Below, one piece after another: positions 51,269-61,762 of a DNA stretch of 64,000 bases. The stretch comes from a virus. Lineage: Duplodnaviria > Caudoviricetes. A model generated the notes under the pieces. That model ran no database searches and was not told the DNA's origin. It worked only from the letters and a program-made list of their open reading frames with translations. Both the position numbers and the translations under genes were made by a program. The stretch covers positions 1 through 64,000 of IMG/VR virus record IMGVR_UViG_2840842423_000001; one strand, written 5' to 3'. Each line of letters opens with the position of its first letter. The first letter of the stretch is position 1.

Positions 51269-51584
51269 CCTATTTCACAAATTATTTTTAAAAGTTTAAA
51301 AACCTACTCCATCCCACAATATACTCAGCATTATCTACATCTATTATATAGGAAGAGACACGTTTCCATCTTGTATTACTCCGTCTGATCATCTCACACC
51401 CAGACACCACACAACCATCACAGGAGTCATTTACAGACCTCCTGAGACGTTCTATTTACATTTGAATACCTAGCCTACCAAATCACTCAATCAATCCACA
51501 ACACACCTTAAAACAAATATAATGTTATTTAGTTATTAATTTATCTCAACAAACCAACATTTTAATCTTATTTTTAATATGCAG

Positions 51585-51613
51585 TTGACAATAGACAATT
51601 AATATTATATAAT
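51585..51613 (+). promoter_or_regulatory. sigma-A promoter of recD2
   Basis: TTGACA-17 nt-TATAAT. Confidence 0.85.
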
Positions 51614-51656
51614 CAATACATATATTAAATATAATACATAAAAGGAGCGATTTAAT

Positions 51657-53900
51657 TTGAGCCAAGAAGAAATCATGGAACTTAATGTAACAATTAAACG
51701 GAAGCTATATCATAGCACTGAAAATATGTGGGGTGTTTTTGCTGCCATTCCAAACAACAACCGCACAATTGAGTTAAATTCATTTGGGAATATAGCAATC
51801 AGTGGTAATACGGCTGATTTATTAGAAGGAAATGACTATAATATAATAGTTGAACCGAATGATCACCCTAAATATGGCAAAGGATTCACCATTCTCTCTG
51901 TAGAGGCTAAACGTCCTGAAACAATCAAGGAGCAGCAAGATTATGTGAAAGCTTTAATCACAGACAAGCAATATGAATCAATTATAAAAGTGTATCCAAA
52001 TCACAAACTGCTTGATATGTTTGACAATGATGAGATTGACTATACAAAGATTCATGGGATTGGCGAATCTACATATGACAAGATTAAAGGTAAATTAGTA
52101 AACAACTTAGAAATCCAAGAAGCATTAGTTGAACTAAAAGAATTCGATATTACATATGAAGCAACTAAAAGACTAATCAATCACTTTGGTTCAGCATCGG
52201 CATTAGTACAAAGTGTGAGAAATAATGTATATAATCTATGTGCCGCAGATAATTTTGGATTCAAAAAGGTTGATTCCTACGCAATGCATAGAGGAGACGA
52301 CCCAACTAGTCCACACCGGATTGAATCAGCGATTAGATATACATTGGAGCAAGACGCTTCAAGTGGACACTCTTGGATCAGTAGAAGAGAATTAATTGAA
52401 CAACTAGAAGAAATGTTGAAGATTGAAGAATCATACATAATGAATACTATAGAGGAATTGGAAAATTCCGGTGTTAAGGAAACCAATTTATACATAAAGG
52501 ATAATAAGGTCGCTTTATACAAGAATTACTACTTTGAGAAAACTATTAAGGATAAATTGATGAGTATGTTGAATGAATCCTGTCCCACAAGCAAGGTGAA
52601 CAGTACAGATGTTATTGCTAAACAAGAAGAACAAGGTGGATTTGAATTTACCGACGAACAAAGAAATGCAATTCAATTAGCTATTGATAATAATGTACTG
52701 GCAATAAATGGGAAAGGTGGCGTTGGTAAAACCTTCAGTATTAAAGGGGTTTTAAAGGCATTGAAGGACTATTCCTACATGACAACAGCTCTCAGTGGGA
52801 AAGCAACTCGTGTCCTAGCTTCTCATGGATTGGAATCAATGACTATACACAGAATGCTTGGTATAGATAAGTATGGCAAATTCATCCACAATGATAAATT
52901 CAACCTCCCGTATGACATTGTGGTATTGGATGAATCTAGTATGGCTAACAACTTCCTCATCTATAGTGTAGTTATAGCCCTTAAACCGGGTGCTAAGATG
53001 ATATTCGTTGGAGATAATGGACAACTTCCATCGATTGGGACTGGTGCAGTCTACGATTCAATTTTAAACGAAGGAAGAGACATAATACCACAACAAGAGT
53101 TGACCAAGATTCAACGTCAAGCTGCTAAATCAGGTATTATATTGGCAGCAAATGATATTCGTGAAGGTAGACATATCACTGACAAATATAATTACAAACA
53201 GGAAACATTAGGCGAATTGCGTGACATGACAACCATCCCTGTTGATAAAGAAACAGATATTACTGATATGATACTTTCTATATGTGAACGTAATAAAAAT
53301 GCTGATCTATTTGAGTTTCAAGTGTTAACTGGGTTACGTGAACGAGGAGAGTTATCTGTTAAAGATCTGAACATTGAATTACAAAAGGTGTTTAATGATA
53401 CAGACAAACCATTCATAAGCAGAGGTGGCTATGATTATCGTGTAGGTGACAAGGTTATACATAATGGGAACAACTATGAAGCAGGAGAAAGCGGAAAAGT
53501 AAAAATATATAACGGAACACTGGGTAGAATTGTAGCGATTGAATTTGATGACGATAAGACAAGGCAGAATCACAGCGTTCATTTTCAATTTGAAGACATT
53601 GATGAAATAATAATATATGATATGAGTGAAATGATTAATGTTGAATTGGCATATGCTATTACAGTTCATAAATCTCAAGGTAGCTCGATTAAACAAGTTA
53701 TATTCACATTTGATTTCTCAGCATATCTTCTGTTGAGTAGAGAATTTGTATATACAGGAATCACCCGTGCCTCTGAAGGTTGTATAATGATAGCTGAGAA
53801 TAATGCGTTGCATTATGCAATTGAGCAGACTGCTGGTGGAAGTCGAAGGACATTTTTGGGCGATATGCTGGTTGAGGATGGGATTAGAGGGGCTAGTTGA
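51657..53900 (+). CDS. recD2: RecD2-like SF1B helicase
   Basis: N-terminal OB/HhH region, FGFKKVD, GKGGVGKT, TIHRML, DESSM, GDNGQLPSIG, YAITVHKSQGS, YTGITRA. Confidence 0.92.
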   Translation: MSQEEIMELNVTIKRKLYHSTENMWGVFAAIPNNNRTIELNSFGNIAISGNTADLLEGNDYNIIVEPNDHPKYGKGFTILSVEAKRPETIKEQQDYVKALITDKQYESIIKVYPNHKLLDMFDNDEIDYTKIHGIGESTYDKIKGKLVNNLEIQEALVELKEFDITYEATKRLINHFGSASALVQSVRNNVYNLCAADNFGFKKVDSYAMHRGDDPTSPHRIESAIRYTLEQDASSGHSWISRRELIEQLEEMLKIEESYIMNTIEELENSGVKETNLYIKDNKVALYKNYYFEKTIKDKLMSMLNESCPTSKVNSTDVIAKQEEQGGFEFTDEQRNAIQLAIDNNVLAINGKGGVGKTFSIKGVLKALKDYSYMTTALSGKATRVLASHGLESMTIHRMLGIDKYGKFIHNDKFNLPYDIVVLDESSMANNFLIYSVVIALKPGAKMIFVGDNGQLPSIGTGAVYDSILNEGRDIIPQQELTKIQRQAAKSGIILAANDIREGRHITDKYNYKQETLGELRDMTTIPVDKETDITDMILSICERNKNADLFEFQVLTGLRERGELSVKDLNIELQKVFNDTDKPFISRGGYDYRVGDKVIHNGNNYEAGESGKVKIYNGTLGRIVAIEFDDDKTRQNHSVHFQFEDIDEIIIYDMSEMINVELAYAITVHKSQGSSIKQVIFTFDFSAYLLLSREFVYTGITRASEGCIMIAENNALHYAIEQTAGGSRRTFLGDMLVEDGIRGAS

Positions 53901-53925
53901 CTAAGGACAAATAATATTATATAAT
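53897..53925 (+). promoter_or_regulatory. sigma-A promoter
   Basis: TTGACT-17 nt-TATAAT. Confidence 0.8.
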
Positions 53926-53966
53926 GAATACAAATAGGAAATTTCTAAAAGAAAGGAGGGTAATAT

Positions 53967-54047
53967 ATGTTCAACAAAGTAAAAATACTAATTCAAGATT
54001 GGGTAATACGTGTCCATATTATGGTTTTTGCCAAGCGTTTCAAATAA
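53967..54047 (+). CDS. 26-aa peptide MFNKVKILIQDWVIRVHIMVFAKRFK
   Basis: AAAGGAGGG RBS just upstream of ATG, directly after a promoter. Confidence 0.5.
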   Translation: MFNKVKILIQDWVIRVHIMVFAKRFK

Positions 54048-54100
54048 ATACAAAATAAACAATCAATATTATATACTTATTATAAGAAAGGGGAAATAAA

Positions 54101-55618
54101 GTGAAGGTAAGCAACTTAATAACAAACGATGACATACAAAATTGGGAAAATGGTGATGTAATTACGATAAAAGCAGGAACGGGCAAAGGAAAAAGTTATT
54201 TTATCAAAAACAACCTATACAACATAGCTAAAAATGAGAATAAAAAGATTTTAATGTTAATACATAGAAAAAATTGTGTTTATCAATTTGAAGAGGAGAT
54301 TCACAAAGATAAAAAATACGATGTTATAGATATAAAAACCTATCAGCATCTAGAACACCTATATAGCCGGAAAAAAGTATTCAACTTCGGAAAATATGAT
54401 TATATAGTATGTGATGAATTCCATTATTTCATTAGTGATGCCAGCTTTAATAAGAAAACTGATATATCGTTTAATCAATTAATGAAGCAAAAGAAGCAAA
54501 TTAAGATACTCATGAGTGCAACAGGAGATAGTGTAACGGATTACATAAATGAACATCAAATAACACAAACCATAGATTACGAAATACCTTTGGATTTTTC
54601 TTTTGTTAAGACACTAACATTCTATAATAAAGATGAAACCTTAAACCATTTCATGCAAGAATCAATCCAAAGAAAAGAAAGAACTATATTTTTCATAAAA
54701 TCAGCTAAGAAGGCTTATGAGCTATACAGTAAGAATCAAAAAAACTCGTTGTTTAATTGCAGTGAAGCAAACAAAAATTACTATAAATTCGTAGACGAAG
54801 AAAAAATCAACAACTTGCTTAAAAATGAGAGTTTTGATGAAACAGCTTTAATCACAACTATGGCTATGGATACTGGCGTTAACATCGTAGATAAAAAGTT
54901 AAAGCACATAGTTTGTGATATTGAAGACATAGGTGTGCTAATTCAATGTATAGGAAGAAAAAGAATAACAGACAAAAATGACAAAATTAATCTCTATGTT
55001 AAATCTGTATCAAATCAGAGGTTAGGAGGAATGGAAACTCAACTGTTGAAAAAGGCAGAAATGGCGCAGTATCTGAGTTCTTTTGGTACAAAAGACTTTA
55101 TTGAAGAATACTATCGTGAAAACGATCAATTTAATATTGTGTATGATGAAATAACGGAGGATGAGAATAAAGCAACGAAAAAAATAAATGAGTTAATGCT
55201 CTATAAGATAATGTGTGACCAAGATGATATGTCTGATATGAAGCGATTTGGTACATACGGATTTTCTAAGCATGTGGCAGATATACTAGGTTTTTATAAT
55301 CCAACCGAAGGATTCCAGTACAGATTGATTGAGGAAGATATCAATGATAGAAATTTAAGTCTATATTTAGATTCTATTACTGGAGTAAAATTGTATAGAG
55401 AGGAAAAAGAGGTTATGAAAGAAACATTTAAAAAGAATGGACTTAGTGCTAGAACATTGGGAATAAATACGCTCAACGGAAATATCAAGGATAGAAAACT
55501 ACCATACATTATTAACACGAAGAATGGAAAGTCATACCGAGATAAAAACAACCAAGTAAAGAAGGAAAAATCCTATTGGATTGTAGGAAAAATAACATTT
55601 AACGAAGATTGTTTGTAG
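54101..55618 (+). CDS. SF2 DExH-box helicase
   Basis: AGTGKGKS, CDEFH, MSAT, MDTGVNI, QCIGRKR. Confidence 0.88.
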   Translation: MKVSNLITNDDIQNWENGDVITIKAGTGKGKSYFIKNNLYNIAKNENKKILMLIHRKNCVYQFEEEIHKDKKYDVIDIKTYQHLEHLYSRKKVFNFGKYDYIVCDEFHYFISDASFNKKTDISFNQLMKQKKQIKILMSATGDSVTDYINEHQITQTIDYEIPLDFSFVKTLTFYNKDETLNHFMQESIQRKERTIFFIKSAKKAYELYSKNQKNSLFNCSEANKNYYKFVDEEKINNLLKNESFDETALITTMAMDTGVNIVDKKLKHIVCDIEDIGVLIQCIGRKRITDKNDKINLYVKSVSNQRLGGMETQLLKKAEMAQYLSSFGTKDFIEEYYRENDQFNIVYDEITEDENKATKKINELMLYKIMCDQDDMSDMKRFGTYGFSKHVADILGFYNPTEGFQYRLIEEDINDRNLSLYLDSITGVKLYREEKEVMKETFKKNGLSARTLGINTLNGNIKDRKLPYIINTKNGKSYRDKNNQVKKEKSYWIVGKITFNEDCL

Positions 55619-55770
55619 AAGAAATTATGTAAAAAGCTCTATATAGAGGTTTTGGTATGTTTTGGTTACAAATAAAAATCAAACAAATAACAACCACCCC
55701 TTGAACGCGACAGCGTGAAAGAAACGTTGGCGCAAGACAACGTAATATTGTAATTATATTTTGAAAACAG

Positions 55771-55799
55771 TTGACTATAAGTAATAAATATTATATAAT
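55771..55799 (+). promoter_or_regulatory. sigma-A promoter
   Basis: TTGACT-17 nt-TATAAT; the ORF track's TTG start is this -35 box. Confidence 0.8.
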
Positions 55800-55839
55800 A
55801 TATATAGATAGTATATTAATAGGAGGAGTTTTAAAAGTT

Positions 55840-57699
55840 ATGACAAAAATAAATTTCAATCCCGAGCAGCAGGTTGCTGTCGATCATTTTGATGGTGCAA
55901 TGGGGGTCATTTCCTCGGCGGGCAGTGGAAAATCTACGATTTTATTAGGCAGAATAGATAAATTGATACGCGAGCACAACATACCAGAAAAATCGATCCT
56001 TGCGATTAGTTTCACGAAGAATACGGCTTCAGAATTACAGTCGAAATTAAAAGCAATGAATCATAAATTCGTGAACGTAGGAACATTTCATGCTATATGT
56101 GGACGTATTCTATATCAAGAAGGGATACAAATAACTGGATACAACATGATTAAAGAATGGCAGGTTGACAATTGTTTTAAAAATATTGATAAAAATGCTG
56201 ACACTAAAGAGATCACAAATTATATTAGCTTCCAAAAAAATTTCATGGTATCATATGATGATGAATTCATAAAAAAAGAATCTGATTACACCATTAAAGA
56301 GCTACGCAAATTCTACAAAGCGTATGAGGACTTGAAGAAACAAAAGAAATTATACGACTTTGATGATTATCTATTATTATGTTTAGAGGTGGTCAAAAAC
56401 AACCCCGATAAATATACATATGATTACATACTTGTAGATGAGCATCAAGATTCTAATTTAGTACAAAATCATTTACTAAAAGAGTGGTGTCAGACTGGCA
56501 ACATATTCACCCTAAGCGACTACCGTCAGGCGATTTTTGAGTTTCGTGGGGGAACTACCGAATACTCCATGAATTTCGATAAGTATTGGAAAGACGCAAC
56601 TATACATAATGTATTTACAAATTACCGATCACCAAAGAACATTGTAGAACAATCTAATCACTTTATCCGTCAATACTACAGTGATTACGAGCATTATGTG
56701 GATGCAAAAGCCCACAACCAAGAAGATGGACACATAGAAGTAAACTCACACTTCAGTAGAGACGTGGAAGGTGTAGAAGTAGCCGATAAGATTGAACAGC
56801 TCATTGAAGATGGAGAGAAACTAAATGAAATAGCTGTTCTATATAGAATGAACGCTCATGCTGATTTCGTTGAGGCTGAGTTAAAAAGACGTAAAATTGA
56901 TTATGAGATTGCTAATGACAGCAGTTTCTTTAAACGTAAAGAAGTTGCTGGGATTCTTGCTATATTAAGATTAGTCCATAATCCACAAGACGATAATGCT
57001 TTTGAAGGTGCGTTTAAAGCCAGAAACTACCCATTAACATACATGAGCAATAAGATATTCAATGATATGCAAAATTACGCAACTAAACACAATACATCTA
57101 TGCTGGATGCAGCAACGGATATGCCATACAGTCAGATGTGGCAAAAAAAGAATATCACAGTATTCAAAAAGATAATCAATAACTTAAGAAAAATGAACGA
57201 AGACGGAGCAAATGTGATTTCTCTTATTGCTCATATAACAAAATCAACAAAGCTAGAAGAAACCATTAAAGAAAAATACAGGAATAAAGAAGAAATAGAT
57301 GAACGTTTGAATAGTATTGAAGTATTGAAAAGTTTCGTCAAAGGCAACAATTTAGAACAATTTATCACATACGTATACAGTAGTTTCACCAAGAAGAAAA
57401 GTAAAAAAGACGCTGTAAAGCTAATGAGTATACATAGAAGTAAAGGTTTAGAGTTTGATAACGTATTCGTTGTAGGTGTGGAAAATGATAAATTTCCACA
57501 TCACTTAAGCAGTCTGGAAGAGGAAGCGAGGCTCTTTTACGTGTCATGCACACGATCTAAGAAAAATTTGTTCATAAGTGAAATTGGTAGGAATACGAGA
57601 TTTATTGTTGAGTATGGGATGGAAAGCAATTCAAGTAAGCAAAATGGCGATCAACATGTCATTAGTAATGTTGACGAATGGATTAAGAATAACTTTTAG
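55840..57699 (+). CDS. UvrD/PcrA-like SF1A helicase
   Basis: SAGSGKS, SFTK, GTFHA, VDEHQD, QAIFEFRG, NYRS, SIHRSKGLEF, EEEARLFYVSCTRS; ATG at 55840 after AGGAGG. Confidence 0.92.
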   Translation: MTKINFNPEQQVAVDHFDGAMGVISSAGSGKSTILLGRIDKLIREHNIPEKSILAISFTKNTASELQSKLKAMNHKFVNVGTFHAICGRILYQEGIQITGYNMIKEWQVDNCFKNIDKNADTKEITNYISFQKNFMVSYDDEFIKKESDYTIKELRKFYKAYEDLKKQKKLYDFDDYLLLCLEVVKNNPDKYTYDYILVDEHQDSNLVQNHLLKEWCQTGNIFTLSDYRQAIFEFRGGTTEYSMNFDKYWKDATIHNVFTNYRSPKNIVEQSNHFIRQYYSDYEHYVDAKAHNQEDGHIEVNSHFSRDVEGVEVADKIEQLIEDGEKLNEIAVLYRMNAHADFVEAELKRRKIDYEIANDSSFFKRKEVAGILAILRLVHNPQDDNAFEGAFKARNYPLTYMSNKIFNDMQNYATKHNTSMLDAATDMPYSQMWQKKNITVFKKIINNLRKMNEDGANVISLIAHITKSTKLEETIKEKYRNKEEIDERLNSIEVLKSFVKGNNLEQFITYVYSSFTKKKSKKDAVKLMSIHRSKGLEFDNVFVVGVENDKFPHHLSSLEEEARLFYVSCTRSKKNLFISEIGRNTRFIVEYGMESNSSKQNGDQHVISNVDEWIKNNF

Positions 57700-57893
57700 T
57701 CGTGTAGATAAATAATAACATACATAGTTTAATATTAAAAAGATATGGCTAGAATCAATTTCAGACACCCTTGTGACTGTTTTACAGACAAAGCATAATA
57801 AATATATACAAATGTCTTAGAACATCTCATAGAGGTGTCTACGGGTTGAATATGAGATCAAAAATAACACAATAATATATAGGAGGAATATCA

Positions 57894-58469
57894 ATGAGTA
57901 AAATTAAAAATGGGAAACTGTATGAAGAAGTTGAATTCGGATGGGGTAATACAATAGAGGGTGTTGTAAATTTATTGTTAGAATATAAGATTAGAGGGAA
58001 ACTTGTCTATGGAGAGTTCAATCAACATTATCTATATTCGGATACAGTTGATATGGATGTAGCTTATAAGGCGATTACAGGTAAGACTAAGACTGAGTTT
58101 GATGAAGGTCAGAGGAAGTCTAGAGAAGATGTGGAGAGACGAGATAGAGAGCATGAGGATAAGATTCCAGAGTTGGAACAGTATTGGATGAAAAGAGGTA
58201 AAGAGGTGTTAGCAGAGGATAAATGGAAACTGTGGGACGAGATTGTGCCTGTTAGGCTGAGAGATCTATATCAAGGTATGGAGTTAGGTAACTGTTTGAG
58301 TATAGTGGAGATATTGGGTGGAGGACAGAAGGGGGATGTGGATACGTTGGAGGTTGCCAAGAAAGAGATTGATAGGCAGAATCATTCTGGTATGTCATAT
58401 GGATTAGTGTGTAGTATGGTTGGGGAATTTAGTGATAGAGGAAAAGAGTTTGTGGAGTATGTACAATGA
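57894..58469 (+). CDS. Hypothetical phage protein
   Basis: 191 aa with AGGAGG RBS. Confidence 0.8.
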   Translation: MSKIKNGKLYEEVEFGWGNTIEGVVNLLLEYKIRGKLVYGEFNQHYLYSDTVDMDVAYKAITGKTKTEFDEGQRKSREDVERRDREHEDKIPELEQYWMKRGKEVLAEDKWKLWDEIVPVRLRDLYQGMELGNCLSIVEILGGGQKGDVDTLEVAKKEIDRQNHSGMSYGLVCSMVGEFSDRGKEFVEYVQ

Positions 58470-58588
58470 TTGAATGGATAATTGATATGTTGTTGGATGG
58501 GATTAGAGATGAGGTTGGTGAGTGGAGTGATATTGATGATTGGGATGAAGGATGGAATGAGATAGATAGTTGGAAAGATGATTGGTGA
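58466..58588 (+). CDS. 40-aa Asp/Glu/Trp-rich peptide
   Basis: ATGA overlap with the upstream stop; GGAG RBS. Confidence 0.4.
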   Translation: MIEWIIDMLLDGIRDEVGEWSDIDDWDEGWNEIDSWKDDW

Positions 58589-59652
58589 GACAAATAATAT
58601 TATATGTGGATATGCGAGGTAGTTGCTAATATGCATCTACCTTTTTGTTTTGGATAAATTAGCCCCCGGTGGGTGATGGGATGTGTTGATGATTGGTTAT
58701 CGTATAGAGGGTGAATTGAATGATAGAAGATGGTGAGATTATGTAGGTGTGGTAAGGGAAAATTGAGGGACAGGAGATAGTTGTTGTGAGATGAGTAAAT
58801 GAGGATGTGAGATGTGTATCGAGATAATGTGGGAATGATGGGGAAAATTGAGGGTGTAGGGAAGGAGTGATGAGGGATTGGATAAGATGTTGGAAGATTG
58901 AGGGAAAATGGGATAGTGGAAAATGTGGATGAATAGGGAGAATATATCGGATGCGTTCGATGACATTTACGATGACGGAGAGGTGAAAATTGAGAGAAAA
59001 ATTGAAAATATGGGATAAAGTGGAAAATTAAGTTGGTGCGTGAATGTAGCTGCTCCCGGTTTAGAAAATGAGAACAAGTGATCCCATAGATGTAAATATG
59101 CCCCCATTACTGCCTTTTACAATGGTGGTATAATATGCATTATAGCACCATTGGAATATATAATCATGAATTTGCTGCATTTTGGATAATCAAAATTTCA
59201 CCCATGATAACAGGGAAAAATCGAAGTATAAAAAGTATATCGATTATTACAAAATTATATATAATGAAGTACTGTATCACTCACATAGTACACTGGTTAA
59301 CTAGTCAACTAACTAACCTATAGTTTTCCACACCTCATCACATAGTTTTCATAACTACATAGATAAATAAATAATACTATATTGTTTCACGTGAGACATT
59401 TTCCATATCCATAAATTGAAATAATAAAATATCAAAATATCAAAAAATAGAAAATCAATGTATCATAATATATCATAACATCCTAACTATATATAATCTG
59501 TATACTATAATCTATCCACAAAATAACATGCTGACTTCCACCATTTAATCTTATCCATACTATACACAATATGTCAACCAACAACCCACAATAACCAACA
59601 AACATATCCCAAAATGTTCACAAATTTGTCACATAATAATCCACCAAAAGAC

Positions 59653-59681
59653 TTGCACCAATAACTAATAAATGTTATACT
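59653..59681 (+). promoter_or_regulatory. sigma-A promoter (extended -10)
   Basis: TTGCAC-17 nt-TATACT with TGn. Confidence 0.7.
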
Positions 59682-59770
59682 ATAAGTATAGCAAATAAGA
59701 AAAACAACAAACACAGGCAACAAACATCTTATAATTAATAAATATTATACTAAAAACTTCACGAAAGTAC

Positions 59771-59799
59771 TTGACATACTAAACGATACATAGTATAAT
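59771..59799 (+). promoter_or_regulatory. Perfect-consensus sigma-A promoter
   Basis: TTGACA-17 nt-TATAAT. Confidence 0.88.
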
Positions 59800-60198
59800 A
59801 TAAGTATAAGGTAGAGAAACAACAAAGCAACAAACAAGTGAGATCAACCTCACACCTTGAAAACAAACTATATAAAACTTGCATAGAAAGGAATGTCTAA
59901 CAATAAACTGCAAGGAATGATATAGCAAGGTTTAGCACCTTGAAAACTAAATAACACCATACAGTAGTTACAAGCTTACTACTTTACAAAAAAATGCAGA
60001 CTACAGACTATACTGTCACACGTATAGTGTTAGACTATCGACAAGACAAGCCATGACATACTTTCCAGTATCGAGCTTGTAAGATCAATACATTTTAATA
60101 TGATATGAAATACATTTATCTATATGATCATACAATCTTACAATAGATAACAGTTTGATATGATATTAAAATAAATCATTATAAAGGGGAATGTTAAA

Positions 60199-60519
60199 AT
60201 GAAAAAAGAAATACTTGCAATAAAAAGGAACAGTTTTTATGAATTATTTGATTATTTAAAGAGAGATGTTACAAGAATATTATCAGAAAACGACGAACAG
60301 AAAAAACGCAGTTTAAGATATAAGCTTTCAACAAAATGCAAGGAATGGACTGAACGTTTGCCTATAAAGGTAGAGAATGGAATCATTACGCATGATGAAG
60401 CTCAGAACGTTTTCAACGAAACAATCGAAATAGCTAGACAAACGGGTTTAATCGTTGAAAAAGACAAGAATGGGGAAATTCACTTTTTTAATACATTGAA
60501 TTTACAAATAAATATCTAA
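60199..60519 (+). CDS. Hypothetical early protein
   Basis: AAGGGGA RBS. Confidence 0.75.
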   Translation: MKKEILAIKRNSFYELFDYLKRDVTRILSENDEQKKRSLRYKLSTKCKEWTERLPIKVENGIITHDEAQNVFNETIEIARQTGLIVEKDKNGEIHFFNTLNLQINI

Positions 60520-60549
60520 AATAAATCAATATAAAGGAGATCACAAACA

Positions 60550-60717
60550 ATGAACAAAACAAACTATATTTTTCAACTATCTGAACAAACTCAAAAGGAG
60601 ATCACAACCGAACTAAAACAAGTATTCGGCAAAGATGATAATGAAAATATTCAACTTGCATTAGATAGCAGGCTATGCGACTTGTCAGATACAATAGACA
60701 TTGAAAAGTACCTATAA
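60550..60717 (+). CDS. Hypothetical early protein (55 aa, absent from the ORF track)
   Basis: AAGGAG RBS; MNKTNYIFQLSEQ...IDIEKYL. Confidence 0.75.
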   Translation: MNKTNYIFQLSEQTQKEITTELKQVFGKDDNENIQLALDSRLCDLSDTIDIEKYL

Positions 60718-60793
60718 TATACATAACCAATTTGCTGCTTTTCACCATTTTAAAATTTTAACTACAAATTAACCACAAAGGAGACAACAAAAA

Positions 60794-61024
60794 ATGAACA
60801 GACTAATAAACTTATTCAATAATCGTAAAGATCACTATGATGCATTAGAGGTTACACCAACCATGCAAGAGTTATTTATGTTAGGTGAAACAATCAACCA
60901 AAACTACAAAGAAGCATATGATGACTATTTCAAACACTATCACAAACAAATAGGTAATAACAAACAACCATATACAATCTATCTATGGTTAGACATTAAG
61001 GAAGGTTTAACATTCGAATGGTAA
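60794..61024 (+). CDS. Hypothetical early protein
   Basis: AAGGAG RBS. Confidence 0.75.
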   Translation: MNRLINLFNNRKDHYDALEVTPTMQELFMLGETINQNYKEAYDDYFKHYHKQIGNNKQPYTIYLWLDIKEGLTFEW

Positions 61025-61130
61025 AATTAATTGTATGTTAAAGGATATAAGCTAAACGGTTTATATCCTTTATAGATATAATTAATAATCAATATCTAAA
61101 ATAATTCAATACAAAAGGGGAAATACTATA

Positions 61131-61373
61131 ATGAATTTTTATAGCATGGATATAAAGGAAATTGAGAACACTTTAAACATTAATCACATTACTAAAAGCA
61201 TACACGACAAAGAACAAGCAACAAGCACTATATTAGATGACTGGGAACAAGTTCAAAGCTTATTAAATCAATTCAAACAATCACATAATATTATAAGCGT
61301 ATACGGTTATGAACTAGTACACGACAACCATTTTATAAAATTGTACTACAAAGAAACATATTCCAATAGCTAA
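61131..61373 (+). CDS. Hypothetical early protein
   Basis: AAGGGG RBS. Confidence 0.7.
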   Translation: MNFYSMDIKEIENTLNINHITKSIHDKEQATSTILDDWEQVQSLLNQFKQSHNIISVYGYELVHDNHFIKLYYKETYSNS

Positions 61374-61446
61374 AATTTTAAAACGCCAAAGTGCAGCACT
61401 TTTACATTTTAAAATTCCAAAATAAATCAATACAAAGGAGAGCAAA

Positions 61447-61761
61447 ATGAAAACAATACTAATCACCTTATTATTGTCTAGTCAACTAATCGGAGGTTTT
61501 CAATCAATCAATACAAATCAAACAAACGTAGGCAACAAACAACCATATCAATATGAAATAACTAACATAACAAATAACACAATACATGGTATACCAATCA
61601 ATAAAGCAAGCCATGACAACAAAAGCATATTCTTATATGATCATGAAATATCTTTCAATGTATCTGTTGGTGACAAAATACAAATCGTATGGGGAAATGA
61701 GGAGGATATATTCAAAAGTATTACAAAAGTAAAATATAGTATCACAAAAGGAGATCATTAA
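61447..61761 (+). CDS. Hypothetical exported protein (OB-fold-like)
   Basis: MKTILITLLLSS signal-like N-terminus; VSVGDKIQIVW. Confidence 0.7.
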   Translation: MKTILITLLLSSQLIGGFQSINTNQTNVGNKQPYQYEITNITNNTIHGIPINKASHDNKSIFLYDHEISFNVSVGDKIQIVWGNEEDIFKSITKVKYSITKGDH

Positions 61762-61762
61762 A

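Noticed and set aside
57745-57850. Short inverted repeat AGACACC...GGTGTCT, with a vaguely similar region at ~51400-51510, as a recombination or priming site
   Set aside because: Match too short to distinguish from chance by eye
58382-59323. ORFs 58382-58636(-), 58739-58966(-) and 59135-59323(+)
   Set aside because: Low-complexity products of skewed composition with no convincing RBS
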